DNA of 64,000 nucleotides from an uncultured Gemmatimonadales bacterium (GTDB lineage Bacteria; Gemmatimonadota; Gemmatimonadetes; Gemmatimonadales; GWC2-71-9), in contig CAVPGI010000002.1 in the NCBI GenBank assembly GCA_963704015.1, positions 36,537 to 100,536 on the forward strand. The letters run 5' to 3'. Positions 18,786 through 29,362 of the stretch are shown here, in pieces (position 1 is the stretch's first letter; each line of letters begins with the position of its first letter). Both the position numbers and the translations under genes were made by a program. The notes below the pieces were generated by a model. It was given only the letters and a program-made list of their open reading frames with translations, searched no databases and was not told the origin of the DNA.

Positions 18786-21700
18786 TCAGCGGTTCAGGCC
18801 CAGGGAGAACACGAACGATCTCGCCTGGGGATTGTTGAACCAGTCGACGCCCCGTGATCCGCTCTCGGCCCCCGCGAAGCTGGTCTCGGGGTCGATGCCC
18901 GAGTACTTGGTCCAGACCGCGAGATTCCGGCCGGCGACCCGGAAATCGACGCTGCTCAGATGCAGGGTCTGACTGACGAACTTTCCGGCCCAGGTGTACC
19001 CTACCGATATCTCCCTGAGCTTGGTGTAACTCCCGTCCTCGTAGAACGGCTGGCCCAGGCTGATGAACGTCGAGTAGTAGCCTCGGAAGAATGCCTCATC
19101 CAGTACCACGGGCGTGCTGGCTCCAGGGCCCGCTGCATCCTGACCGAGGAAGCTGGTCATGGTCTCGGTCTGTCCCCGCTTCTCGGTGATCTTGGCGGTG
19201 CCCAGCTCGATCAGGGCCCCCTTGGTTCCGTTGTAGATCAGACCGCCGTGCCGGACATCCACCAGGGCGGAGACCGTGACACCTTTGTACCGCACCGAGG
19301 TCCGGACCGACCCGGTCCACTTGGGGTCGGGGCTGCCGATGATGCGCTTCTGGCCGTCCAGCAAGGGGTAGCCGAGGCCCAGCCCGCCGTTGGCGCCGGC
19401 CACGGTGGCATCGGGCAGGAAGAGAGCGTGCTTGCTGTTCTGATCGGCGGTGCAGTTGGCATCCACCGAGAAGTTCTGGTTGCCCGTCCCGTCGTCCAGC
19501 ATGATGCCGCGGCCACAGCGGACGTAGTCGTAGTCAAGGAAATCTCCCACCGATCCTCCGACATCTGCCACCGTGAGGCCAAATGCTCCGAGCCCGCCGT
19601 AGGAGACAAAGCTGGCTCCGGTCAGGCTCTTAACGTGATTTCGGTTGGTGCCAAAGATGAACCCCAGGTCCCAGGCGAAGTCTCGCTTGGTGATCGGCCG
19701 GATGTTCAGGGACCATTCAGTCCCGGCGTTCTGGATCTCGGCGCCATTGGCCGATTGGAACTGATATCCAGTCGAGGCCGCTACGGGCACCTGCAGGATG
19801 ACCCCGCTGGAATTCTTCTGGTACCAGGTGAAGCTCAAGTCGGCGTAGTCCTTGAAGAGGCCGAGGTCGGCACCCAGCTCGAACTCCTTGCTGCGCTCAG
19901 GCTCGAGGCCGGTCGCGGGCTTCACGTTGGGCGTGAACAGCCCTCCGTTGCCGCCCTGGCTGGCGCTCAAGAAGGGGCCAAACGGATCGGCGAAGCTCCC
20001 GCCACCCAGGAAGGTGTTGGATCCGAGATAGGGGGGCGGTTGGGTACCGACCTCGCCGTAGGCAATCCGGGCCTTCCCGTAGGTCAGCATTCCGTTGAGG
20101 TTGCCGGTCACCTTGGTAAACTGCCAGGCCGCGCTGGCGCTGGGGAACCAGGCCCGGAGATTGTCTTGTCCAAAGGTCGAGGCGCCGTCGTAGCGAAGTC
20201 CGCCCTTCAGGAACAGCTGCTGGTACAGGTCCAGGGTGGCCTGGCCGTAGAACCCGACGATGTTGACCTTCGCTACGGAATCCACCGGTGGATTGATCTG
20301 CCCCGTATTGCGGAGACTGTACGGTGTGGGCGCGATCAGGCCGTTCCCGGTGGCGCCGATCAGGTCGAAGCTCCGGCTGTTGAAGTTCTGGCCCAGGGTG
20401 AAGGTCCCGGCCGCTTTCTGGCTCAACTTGAACGACGCGGTGCCCAGGAGGTTGCTCTCGACCTGGGTGTTGGAGATCCCCAGTTGGATGACCTGGCCGG
20501 TGGGGAGCGGCGTGTTGGACGAGGTCTGGGGCTGGCCCTGCAGGCGGTTGTCGCCGGAGTAGTCGACACCCAGGGTGTAGTTGATGTGCAGCCATCCGAT
20601 CGGCGTCGCGTCGGCCGTGAGGTTGCCTGTCACCCGGTTGGCACTGGTGGTGCTGACTGGCACGTTGGCGGTGAAGAAGGGATTGTCGTAGCCCCGCGAC
20701 TGGTCCGCCGAGTTGGCCGAGGGGTTGGGATACGCGTAGGACCGGTGCATGCCGTTCACCGGGTCGAGATACTGCCGGTTATCGAAGGTCGGTGTGGCCC
20801 GCCAGGACCCCAGCAGGATCCCGCTGAAATTGGAGGTCTTCTGCACTCCATCGCCGTTGGCAGCCGAGTAGGCCACGTTCCCGCCCACCTTGAGCCAATT
20901 GGTCAGCCGGTGGTCGCCCTTCAGGCGGAAGGCGTAGCGCGTGAAGTTGTTGTGCGGCCCGACGAAGCTGCCGTTCTGGTAGAAGGCCGAACCCGAGATG
21001 TAGAAGGTCGTCCGGTCGTTCCCGCCGGAGGCCGTCAAGGTATTGTCGGTGGTGAAGCCGGTCCTGAACACCTCACGTGAGTGATCGTAGGTGGGGGTCC
21101 CCGCCGGAATAGCAGGACCCCAACTCCGCGTCGTCCCTAGGCAATCCACCGGACCGGTGACCGGAACGCAGGTCTCCGCCACCCCGCCTTCTCCCTGGCC
21201 GTAGGTACGCTGCAGCTCGGGGAATCGGGTCACGTCATTGGCCGACATGGTGGTCCGGAACGAGAAGGTGGTCGGGCCCGCGTGGCCCTTCTTGGTGGTC
21301 ACCAGAATGACCCCCTGGCCGGCCCGGGCGCCGTAGATGGCCCCGGCGGCGGCGCCCTTCAGGATCTCGATGCTTTCGATATCGTCGGAGTTGAGGTCGA
21401 TGGCCCGGTTGGGCGGAAAGGTGCCCTGCTGGTTGCCGAACCCGGTGCCGTCGTACGTGGACGTGGTGGTGGTGGAGTTGTCGATCGCCATCCCATCGAC
21501 CACGAACAGTGGCTCGCTGGCGGTGTTCAGGGTGTTGGCGCCGCGGATCCGGATCGAGGCGGAGGCACCGGGGTCGCCGGCGGTGGAGGTGACCTCGACG
21601 TTGGGGGCCTTGGCCGCCAGGGCGGCCACGATGTTCTGCTCGTTGCTCTTCCGAATCAGGGTCGAGTCCACATTGTTCCGCACGTTGCCGATCTTCTCCA

Positions 21701-22082
21701 CTTCGGACGTCGTGCCCAGCCCGGTCACCACCAGCTCACCCAGCTGGAGCGGGTTCACGGTCAACAAGAAGTCATGGGTATTCTCGCCCGCCGTCACGAC
21801 GATCGACGCGGTCTGGGGCTTGTAGTTGATGGCGCGTGCCGTGAGCGTGACGGTCTCGCCGGGCTGGACCCGGTTGGCGGGAATCACCAGCGTATAGTGG
21901 CCGTCTGTCCGGGTCACCGACCCGAGGCCCAGGCTCACGATCTGGACGGTGGCCGACGAAATCGGGTGACCCTCTTCCGTGACGACCTGTCCGGCGACCG
22001 TGATGCCCTCCTGCGCGAGGGCCGGTGCGGGGAGCGCGAGCGCGAGTCCGATGAGGATTGGCCAACGACGAATGTGCAGCAT
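18786..22082 (-). CDS. SusC/RagA-family TonB-dependent outer-membrane transporter (N-terminal carboxypeptidase-regulatory-like domain + plug + barrel)
   Basis: 1098 aa intact ORF with signal peptide, VAGQVVTEEGHPISSATVQI... and a TonB-box/plug region, followed by SusD. Confidence 0.8.
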   Translation of the reverse strand: MLHIRRWPILIGLALALPAPALAQEGITVAGQVVTEEGHPISSATVQIVSLGLGSVTRTDGHYTLVIPANRVQPGETVTLTARAINYKPQTASIVVTAGENTHDFLLTVNPLQLGELVVTGLGTTSEVEKIGNVRNNVDSTLIRKSNEQNIVAALAAKAPNVEVTSTAGDPGASASIRIRGANTLNTASEPLFVVDGMAIDNSTTTTSTYDGTGFGNQQGTFPPNRAIDLNSDDIESIEILKGAAAGAIYGARAGQGVILVTTKKGHAGPTTFSFRTTMSANDVTRFPELQRTYGQGEGGVAETCVPVTGPVDCLGTTRSWGPAIPAGTPTYDHSREVFRTGFTTDNTLTASGGNDRTTFYISGSAFYQNGSFVGPHNNFTRYAFRLKGDHRLTNWLKVGGNVAYSAANGDGVQKTSNFSGILLGSWRATPTFDNRQYLDPVNGMHRSYAYPNPSANSADQSRGYDNPFFTANVPVSTTSANRVTGNLTADATPIGWLHINYTLGVDYSGDNRLQGQPQTSSNTPLPTGQVIQLGISNTQVESNLLGTASFKLSQKAAGTFTLGQNFNSRSFDLIGATGNGLIAPTPYSLRNTGQINPPVDSVAKVNIVGFYGQATLDLYQQLFLKGGLRYDGASTFGQDNLRAWFPSASAAWQFTKVTGNLNGMLTYGKARIAYGEVGTQPPPYLGSNTFLGGGSFADPFGPFLSASQGGNGGLFTPNVKPATGLEPERSKEFELGADLGLFKDYADLSFTWYQKNSSGVILQVPVAASTGYQFQSANGAEIQNAGTEWSLNIRPITKRDFAWDLGFIFGTNRNHVKSLTGASFVSYGGLGAFGLTVADVGGSVGDFLDYDYVRCGRGIMLDDGTGNQNFSVDANCTADQNSKHALFLPDATVAGANGGLGLGYPLLDGQKRIIGSPDPKWTGSVRTSVRYKGVTVSALVDVRHGGLIYNGTKGALIELGTAKITEKRGQTETMTSFLGQDAAGPGASTPVVLDEAFFRGYYSTFISLGQPFYEDGSYTKLREISVGYTWAGKFVSQTLHLSSVDFRVAGRNLAVWTKYSGIDPETSFAGAESGSRGVDWFNNPQARSFVFSLGLNR

Positions 22083-22262
22083 GCTCCGCCCTCCCGTCGG
22101 CGAGTTTCAGGCTGGACAGTTGATTCGGCTGGCTGTATGCGAGAACGCCGCGACCGGGCCGGGCCACAGGCGTGAGGCGGGAGAACGTACGACTCGCCCT
22201 GTGAGACGTCAAGAAGGGCCCAGGGCCCAACGGTTGAAAACGGTGTCGGGTGCGCGATTCCG

Positions 22263-22724
22263 ATGCAGGGACGAACGGGCGGGTACCCAGATATTCAGAC
22301 TGTTATGCCCGCCACGCCTCGCGAAGGAACACCCCGGCCGCCGTACGAGCGTCTGACGGCTTGGATCGCATGCCACGAGCTGGTACTCGCCCTGTTTCGG
22401 GCCAGTCGCGCCTGGCCCCCTGAAGAGCGGCACGGCTTGACCGGGCTGGCCCGCCGGGCCGCCTACCTGGCGGCAGCGCGGCTGGTCGAAGGATCTGCGA
22501 AGCAGGGGTCCCGCGACTTCCGCCGGCTCCTCGATCTCTCGATCGGGTCGCTCGGGGAGCTGGGCTATGTGCTGCGGCTGCTAAAGGAACTCGAGTTGGT
22601 GGGGGTGGAATCCTGGGGGGAGCTGGAAGCGCTCCGGGACCACGCGGCGCGCCTGACCTGGGGTCTCTATCTCGCGGCGGGTAAGGGAATCAGGAAGGTC
22701 GCCAAGGGGAAAAACGCCCCTTAG
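22263..22724 (+). CDS. Four-helix-bundle protein (23S rRNA intervening-sequence protein family, TIGR02436-like)
   Basis: ERLTAWIACHELVLALFRA...AEGSAKQGSRDFRRLLDLSIGSLGELGYVLRL. Confidence 0.65.
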   Translation: MQGRTGGYPDIQTVMPATPREGTPRPPYERLTAWIACHELVLALFRASRAWPPEERHGLTGLARRAAYLAAARLVEGSAKQGSRDFRRLLDLSIGSLGELGYVLRLLKELELVGVESWGELEALRDHAARLTWGLYLAAGKGIRKVAKGKNAP

Positions 22725-23212
22725 CTCCCCAACTTCTTCACGTAGATCACCTGTGGATCCCCCGGCTCGTAGAAGTCCGGGACGGTAGCGGCGATCTGAT
22801 AGCCCCGGGCCTGGTAAAAGGCGCCGGTCGAGCGATAGTCCGGCCGGCCCGAGGTCTCGATCCGGACCAGTCGGGCGTCACTGGGCAACCGTTGCTCCAT
22901 GGCCTTGAGCAAGGCCGATCCGATGCCGCGGTCATGCAGGGCGGGATCCACCACGATCCAGTACAAATCGAATGTGCCTTCGGTGCACGGAGTGGCCCCC
23001 CAGCAGATCCAACCGGCCAGGCGTCCTTCCACCTCGGCGCAGACGCTCAGATAATCGGTCTGCAGCGGCTTCGAGGCGGCATCGAACACTTCGAGCGCCA
23101 CCACGATCTCAGGCTCCCGGAACACCCGGGAGGCGGCCAGCATCTTGAGGAGTGGTTCCCGATCTTCGGGACGGGGGGGACGGAGCCGGCGTGAAGCGGT
23201 AGTGGTGCTCAC
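22721..23212 (-). CDS. GNAT-family N-acetyltransferase
   Basis: HDRGIGSALLKAMEQ acetyl-CoA binding motif; 163 aa. Confidence 0.7.
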   Translation of the reverse strand: MSTTTASRRLRPPRPEDREPLLKMLAASRVFREPEIVVALEVFDAASKPLQTDYLSVCAEVEGRLAGWICWGATPCTEGTFDLYWIVVDPALHDRGIGSALLKAMEQRLPSDARLVRIETSGRPDYRSTGAFYQARGYQIAATVPDFYEPGDPQVIYVKKLGS

Positions 23213-24220
23213 ACGGCGGCGGTAGCGCCAGCCAGGGCGTCGGCAGCCTGGGTGGAGCGGGTCCGGCTCATGGCCTCTTCCACGATACGACCCAGGAGCT
23301 CGTCATAGGCCCAGCCGTAGACCCGGGCCATGCGGGAAAGTCCGGCGGTGTCCGAGAGGTCCGGGTTGGGGTTGACCTCGAGCACGTAGGGCTGCCCGGC
23401 GTCGTCCAGCCGCATGTCCACCCGCCCGTACCCCTCCGCGCCCGTGAGATACTCCCAGGCCTGGCGAGCCACCTGCCCCACACGCTTGGTGACATCGGCC
23501 GGAAGCTCCGCCGGGCACACTGGGCTGGGAGCCCAGGTCCTCGGCACTTCCCACGTCCCACTTGGCGGAGTAGGTGAGGATCGCCGGACAGCCATCCGGC
23601 ATCGCGTCGAAGCAGAGCTCGGCGATGGGAAGCATCTGCTTGCCCACGAACCCGACGTTGAATTCCCGGCCCGGGATGTATTCCTGAACCAGGACCTCCT
23701 CGAACTGCTCGGCCATCTCGGCCAGCCGCTTGCGGAGCGCCTTCTTGGTGGAGCAGACGCTGCCCGCGTCGATCCCGACGCTGGCGTCTTCCGCGGCGGG
23801 CTTCACGATGGCGGGAAGGTTCAGGTCGCCGGGGATCTTGTTCCCCTGGGCCAGAGCGAAAGGAGGGATCGGGACCCCATTCCGGGAGAGCAGCGTGTTG
23901 GCGACGTGCTTGCGGTGACAGACGGCCACCGCCCAGGGGCGGCATCCGGTATAAGGGATGTTGGCCAGCTCGAGGGCCCCGACCACGTAGTCCTCGTACT
24001 TGGCGTTCCCGTCGATCCCCTCGCAGAGGTTGAAGACCACGTCGGCCCGGCGCACCCGGTTGAGCCACCCGAACTCGCCCAGCTGGATGGGAACGAGCGT
24101 GGTCTCGTAGCCTCGGGACTTGAGGCATCCCTGGATTTCGCGGGCGTTGTCGATCACCGAGATCACGTCCTTCTGATCCCAGTGATCGCCGCCCGCATCG
24201 AACAGGATGGCCACCTTCAT
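23209..24220 (-). CDS. D-alanine--D-alanine ligase family ATP-grasp enzyme (copy 1); frameshifted
   Basis: MKVAILFDAGGDH...HGVPIPPF...IVKPAAEDASVGI...VQEYIPGREF...VLEVNPNPDLS. Confidence 0.65.
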
Positions 24221-25332
24221 GCAGCTGCCTCCGCCAAGAGAGAGCGACCGCTGATCCGTTGCCAGGCGATGTCCGCCACGCTGCGGATCAGCTCGTCGTA
24301 GCTGAGCCCTGCGGCGCGGGCGGCCTTCGGGAAGCAGGAGTTCTCCCGCGGGTCCGGCAGGATGCCCGGCAAGCGGGTTGAGCTCGACGACCATGGGCCG
24401 CCCGGTCGCGTCGCAGCGGATATCGACCCGACACCAGTCCCGGCACTCCAGGGCTGATAGGCCCCCAGCGCGGCGGACCGGATCTCAGTGGCCAGCTTCC
24501 GGGGAATCCGGGCCGGGCACTCGAAGATGTGAAGCGGGTCCGCCGGGTTGTCCCAGATCCACTTGGCTTCGTATCCGTAGATCGGGGGGGCCCCCTCCGG
24601 CAGCTCATCAAACTTCATGCCGACAATAGGCAGACAGCGGGCCTGATCGTCGTTGCCGAGGATCGCCACCGTGTACTCGGCGCCCGGGAGATAGGTCTCG
24701 ATCAGGACGGGTTCCCGATAGGTGAGCAGCAGATACTCGACCTGGCTCGAGCAGCTGCTTCCGGTTCTGGCACACGCTCCGGACGCTGACTCCCTTGCCC
24801 GAACCCTCCATGGCTGGCTTGACGAAGACCGGGAACTCGAGGGAGCAGCCTCGGGCCTCGGCCGACGGTCTCGACCACGACGAACGGCGCGGTCGGGACT
24901 CCATGGTAGTCGAGGACCTCCTTGGCCCGTCCCTTGTGGAGCGCCAGGCTCAAGCGACAGCGGATCGGAGGCCGAGTAGGGAATGTCGAGGAACTCGCAG
25001 ATGGCCGGGACGTGACTCTCCCGGTTTCGGCCGTAGAGGCCTTCGGCGATGTTGAAGACGAAATCGGGTCGAGTGTCGGCGAGCCGAGTGGGGAAGCTGG
25101 CGTCGGCCTCGAGGCGGATCACCTCGCCCAACGGACGCAGGGCCCGCTCCACGGCATCAATCGTGGCAGGCTCGTCCCATTCGCCGTAGAGATCGGGCTG
25201 CTCGAGGTCGAAGCGCAGCGCCCGACTGGGAGGGTCGTCTGAGGAAGCGGAAGAGGGGTCGGACCCCGAGTCGGCAGGTGCGGCCGACGCTTCCGGCTTA
25301 AGGTTGAAGGCCAATCCTATGCGAACCGCCAA
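24217..25332 (-). CDS. D-alanine--D-alanine ligase family ATP-grasp enzyme (copy 2); frameshifted
   Basis: IGLAFNLK...DFVFNIAEGLYGRNRESHVPAICEFLDIPYSAS...IETYLPGAEYTVAILG. Confidence 0.6.
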   Translation of the reverse strand: MAVRIGLAFNLKPEASAAPADSGSDPSSASSDDPPSRALRFDLEQPDLYGEWDEPATIDAVERALRPLGEVIRLEADASFPTRLADTRPDFVFNIAEGLYGRNRESHVPAICEFLDIPYSASDPLSLEPGAPQGTGQGGPRLPWSPDRAVRRGRDRRPRPEAAPSSSRSSSSQPWRVRARESASGACARTGSSCSSQVEYLLLTYREPVLIETYLPGAEYTVAILGNDDQARCLPIVGMKFDELPEGAPPIYGYEAKWIWDNPADPLHIFECPARIPRKLATEIRSAALGAYQPWSAGTGVGSISAATRPGGPWSSSSTRLPGILPDPRENSCFPKAARAAGLSYDELIRSVADIAWQRISGRSLLAEAAA

Positions 25333-25469
25333 ACGATCCCCGTCGAGAATGGTTGCCGCGCGGTTTGGGTTTGGCCCATCGCGGGCCCTGGTGCGCGGTC
25401 TTGAATTCCGACGACGCTTCTAAGCTAAGGAAGACTTTTCAATCGCACAATACTTTTTTGACTCAAACT

Positions 25470-26240
25470 TTGTGATAACGCGACCCTGCCGCATGGGGTC
25501 CCGTCGCCGCCGGCATACAGTTCGAAGTCGGCGAAGAGGGCCGGCGCCTCGCGGCGCAGCGTGCCGAGCACCGCGACCGCCAGTCGGCGGATCTCCAACT
25601 CCGCTCCTTCATCCAGACGCAGCTCGAGCATCGTACGCCAGGCCCGCACGTTCCCGCTGACCACGATCTTCACCTCGGTCGCGTTGGGCAGGACGCTTCG
25701 GGCGGCCTCCCGGGCCATCTTCCGACGGTGGACCTTGTCCTCGATCCCACTCGTACTTGGCCATCAGCCGATCCACCGCCGTGACGTAGGCCGCCTGCGC
25801 CGCCTCGACCTGCGCCTGCCCACTCGGCCTCCAACGGCGGCGTCGCCCAGGATCGCCGGAGGCATCACGAACGCGGCCTCGGACTCGTCCACGTAGCGCT
25901 GCGACAGCTGGCAGTATCCGAACCCGGCCCGGTGGCGGACCAGCTCATGGCTGCAGGACCGGCGATGATCCCCTCGAGTAGCAAGACGTAGACCGCGTGC
26001 TCGAAGACCGACCCGTGTCCCTGCTTCAGGATGTTCGCCAGGTATTCGGCCGTGGACCGGCCGGCCGGGTTCCGCTGGCTCATGTAGCAGAGGCGGCCGG
26101 CGAATTCCGCGAGCCGCTCGCCGTCGGTGGCCTCGCCCTTCCACTGAACCGGGAGGTGAGGCGGCTCGACGAACTGGGGCCGGGCGATCAGGGTCACCGT
26201 GGGAGCGCGGATGACGTTCAGGCCAAGGGTCTGGGTCACG
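25470..26240 (-). CDS. thyX: FAD-dependent thymidylate synthase ThyX; frameshifted; N-terminal boundary unresolved (in-frame with upstream oxidase ORF)
   Basis: RLCYMSQ, HGSVFEHA, RHRAGFGYCQLSQRY (ThyX RHR...S motif), LPNATEVKIVVSGNVRAW. Confidence 0.65.
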
Positions 26241-26299
26241 GCAAGGCAAAGGGCAAGGGTTAGGGTGTGGCGGGTCGGGTCGGAGTCTCCATCCTCCGC

Positions 26300-27938
26300 G
26301 ACCTCATCGGCCAGCGCCAACCGGGATCGGGCATAGCCACCGGTCCGCTCGATCTCTCGTAAGGCGCGCCCGATGTCGGGCGGCAGCTCGGCCGCCTCCG
26401 GCCCCATCTTGAGGCGGCCCAGGGGCGGCTCGACTCCCTCGGGAAGAATCACGCCGGGGTTGAAGATACCATCGGGGTCAAACGCCGTCTTCACCCGGCG
26501 GAACAACTCCATCACCTCCGGCCCGTACTGCCGCTCGAGGAACCGGGCTCGCAGCCGCCCGTCGCCATGCTCGCCGCTCACGGTGCCGCCCAACCGGATC
26601 ACCTCGGCCATGACCTCCTCCTGAAGGGCGACCACCTGGGCCAGCCAATCTCCGCGGCCGAGGTCAGGGAGCAGGTTCACGTGCACATTGCCGTCCCCGG
26701 CGTGACCGAAGATCACGACCTGGAGACGCCGAGCGTCCGCCGCGCTCCCGGATGAACCGGATGTAGGTCCCCAACCGGTCGATCGGCACGCAGCCGTCTT
26801 CGATGACCTGCATGGACCGCCGACGTTCGGAAAGACCGGCGACGATGGGACTCGCTGCCGCCCGCAGCGCGCGTACCCGCCGCTCTTCCTCCGCGTCGAG
26901 CGCGGTGACCAGATCGAGTGCCCAGGGCCCGGCGAGGCGGGCGGCATCCCCGACCGCACCTCGCGCCACCGCCGCATCCTCCCGCTCGAAGTCCACCAGC
27001 AGCACTGCCTGCGTCCCGGGCGGAACGTGGCGCAAGCCTTCACGCCCTGCCGACTCGGCCACCAATTCCAGGAAAGTCCGATCCAGGAGCTCCACAGCCG
27101 ATGGCCGGAGCCTGAGCAAGGTCGCGACTACCTGGCCCAGCTCGTCCAGGTCCCCTAATGCGATTTGCAAGACTGCCCGGGCTGCGGGCGACGAGTCCAG
27201 GCGAATCTCCAGCGCGCTGATGAAGCCGAGGGTTCCCTCAGCGCCGACCCAGAGATCGATCGGATCATGGCTATCCAGCCAGGCGTCCAGCGCGTACCCC
27301 GAGGAGTTCTTTCGGGTCTGGGGGAATCGTTGCCGAATGAGGTCGGCGGCCTCCTGAAGGAATGGCGCCGCCTCGCGCGCGAATCGCTGGAACGCCACCG
27401 GCCCTTCCGCGCCGTGCTGATGCGATCCCCGGACGGACCACCCGGCTTCTGCGTCGGCGGTGACGACTTCGAGGGCGTGGACCCACGATCGCATGCTGCC
27501 GTAACGAAGGGTGAGCGGGCCCGCGGCATTGGTGGAGGCCATTCCCCCGAGACTGGCCCAGGCCGCGCTGGAAGGGTCGGGCGGAAGCCGGAGGCCATGC
27601 TCCATCACCCGCTGGTTCAGCTCTCCGGCAGTCACGTTGGGGCTCACCCGTGCGAGCCGCTGAGCGGGATCGACCTCGAGCACTCTCGGCAAGGCGGAGA
27701 GATCCACCACGGCACCGGATCCCACGTTTCCGCCGCACATGCCACTGCCGGCACCCCGGGGAATCAACGGCGTGCCGGTTCGACGAGACCACTGCACGAG
27801 TCGCGTCAGGTCATCGCGGTGAGCCGGTATGGCGACGGCGCTCGGAATGATCCGATAGATCCCCGCGCCCTCCGCGTATGCCGCGCGGGCCCGGAAATCG
27901 GTGCGGAAGATTCCCAGAAGCCCGGGATCCTCTAACAT
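26300..27938 (-). CDS. FAD-binding oxidase (GlcD / D-lactate dehydrogenase-like, FAD_binding_4 + FAD-oxidase_C); frameshifted
   Basis: RGAGSGMCGG FAD motif; C-terminal VIFGHAGDGNVHVNLLP...FDPDGIFNPG. Confidence 0.6.
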
Positions 27939-28176
27939 GGGCGAAAGCTATCGGTGAGCGTTGAGGCCGCCAGCAGTTTCGGCCTCGTTCGAGCGGGGCC
28001 ACCCCTTCGGCGTCGGACGCGGCGCCGACCCGACGAGGGCAAAGGCGACCACCCTTTCAGGACTCGGGGGTTCGGATCCAGGGGCTCGGCCGCCGGGATG
28101 GGCGGCCTTCCCCCTCTTCCTCTTATATAGGAAAGACGCCCTCTGGGCCGCGACAGCCCTTCGGTGATGACCTATG

Positions 28177-28737
28177 TCATTGTCCTGCTGATGGTTGAGC
28201 CTGGATCGGTGGGGGCTTCTTGGTGGAGTCTGCCCCGGGACTCGGGATGGCCAGGGAGTCTCCATATAGCGAGTTGAGCTTGGTCAGGATGGTCTGAATC
28301 CGCTGGGCCGTGGGGTGGTCCGGCGGGACCTGGCGGTCGAGCTCGCGCGCGGGGAGGGAGGGATCTTCGAACGGCCGATAAGTGGTTTCCACCACCAGCT
28401 GGCTGTGTTCCGGCTTGGTGGGTCCAATCCAGGCCCGCACTCGCACGACTTCCCGTCCCATCGGATGCCGGCTCGCCGGCTTCAGGGTAGTGCTCGAAAA
28501 CCAGGGTGATTCGAGGTAGCCATCGCGCCGCTCTACCCGATTCAAGGGAATGCTGTCGGCGGCCAGGGCGTCGGCCAGTCGGTCGGTCGCGGCTGGGACG
28601 CGGAGGGCGAGTTCGACCTGCATGGCCCCGGTGACCGGGCCGAAATCGGGTCGGTTGGTGTTGGGGTTGCAGCCGAGGCCGGCGGCGATCAGTCCGAGCG
28701 CACTCACCGCCCTCCGGGAACGCGGCGCCGGAGGCAT
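28177..28737 (-). CDS. Lipoprotein, hypothetical
   Basis: Signal peptide with AAGLGC lipobox. Confidence 0.5.
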   Translation of the reverse strand: MPPAPRSRRAVSALGLIAAGLGCNPNTNRPDFGPVTGAMQVELALRVPAATDRLADALAADSIPLNRVERRDGYLESPWFSSTTLKPASRHPMGREVVRVRAWIGPTKPEHSQLVVETTYRPFEDPSLPARELDRQVPPDHPTAQRIQTILTKLNSLYGDSLAIPSPGADSTKKPPPIQAQPSAGQ

Positions 28738-29333
28738 CTAGGGGTCGTGATCGTGAGAGTGGGTGGAGGTCGAGTCGTGATCGTCGTGGTCTTCGCCTTC
28801 CTCGTGTTGGTGGCCCGCCGCGCGATCTTTCATCTCCCGCCGCATCTCGGTGACCGGGGTGCCGGCCGCGTGCTCGAAGACCATCTTTCCGCCCAGGCGT
28901 CCGGTGTCCACCAGGAAGACGGTCCCGATCAGCCCCAGCACGAGCGCCCCGATCCGCTCACCGCGACCCATCCGGCCCTCTCGAAGGATTCGCCAGAGCA
29001 TGAGGACGGCGAAGATGGCCACGGTCCAATAGGCCACCAGCTCGTGCTCCTGCAAGATCGAGTGGATTCCCTCCCCGTGCTCGATGGCGTCTTCAGCGAG
29101 AAGTCCGGTGACCACGGCAACGGCCCCTCCCAGTACGCCCGCGATCAGCGTCCAGTAGCTCACCGTGCGGAGATTGGCCCGGCCCGTCAGCAGCGCCGCG
29201 ATCTCGAAGACCATCGCCGTGACCAGCAGGGCCGGCGGGAAGTCATTGAGCATGGCGTGGAGCCGCGGCAGGTCGTAACCCAGGACGGTGGCAGCCTGGC
29301 CGGGGTCGCCGTGAAAGAGCAGCATGGATAGTC
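28738..29333 (-). CDS. Membrane protein (DUF2231-like) with His/Asp-rich C-terminus
   Basis: Four TM helices; HEEGEDHDDHDSTSTHSHDHD tail. Confidence 0.5.
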
Positions 29334-29362
29334 CGAGTGGTGAGTTTGAAGGTGAAGGAGTG

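Noticed and set aside
28050-28085. tRNA or tmRNA-like T-arm motif GGGGGTTCGGATCC in the 5' region upstream of the FAD oxidase
   Set aside because: No acceptor stem, D-arm or anticodon-arm cloverleaf could be built around it. The motif is likely fortuitous in a GC-rich leader.
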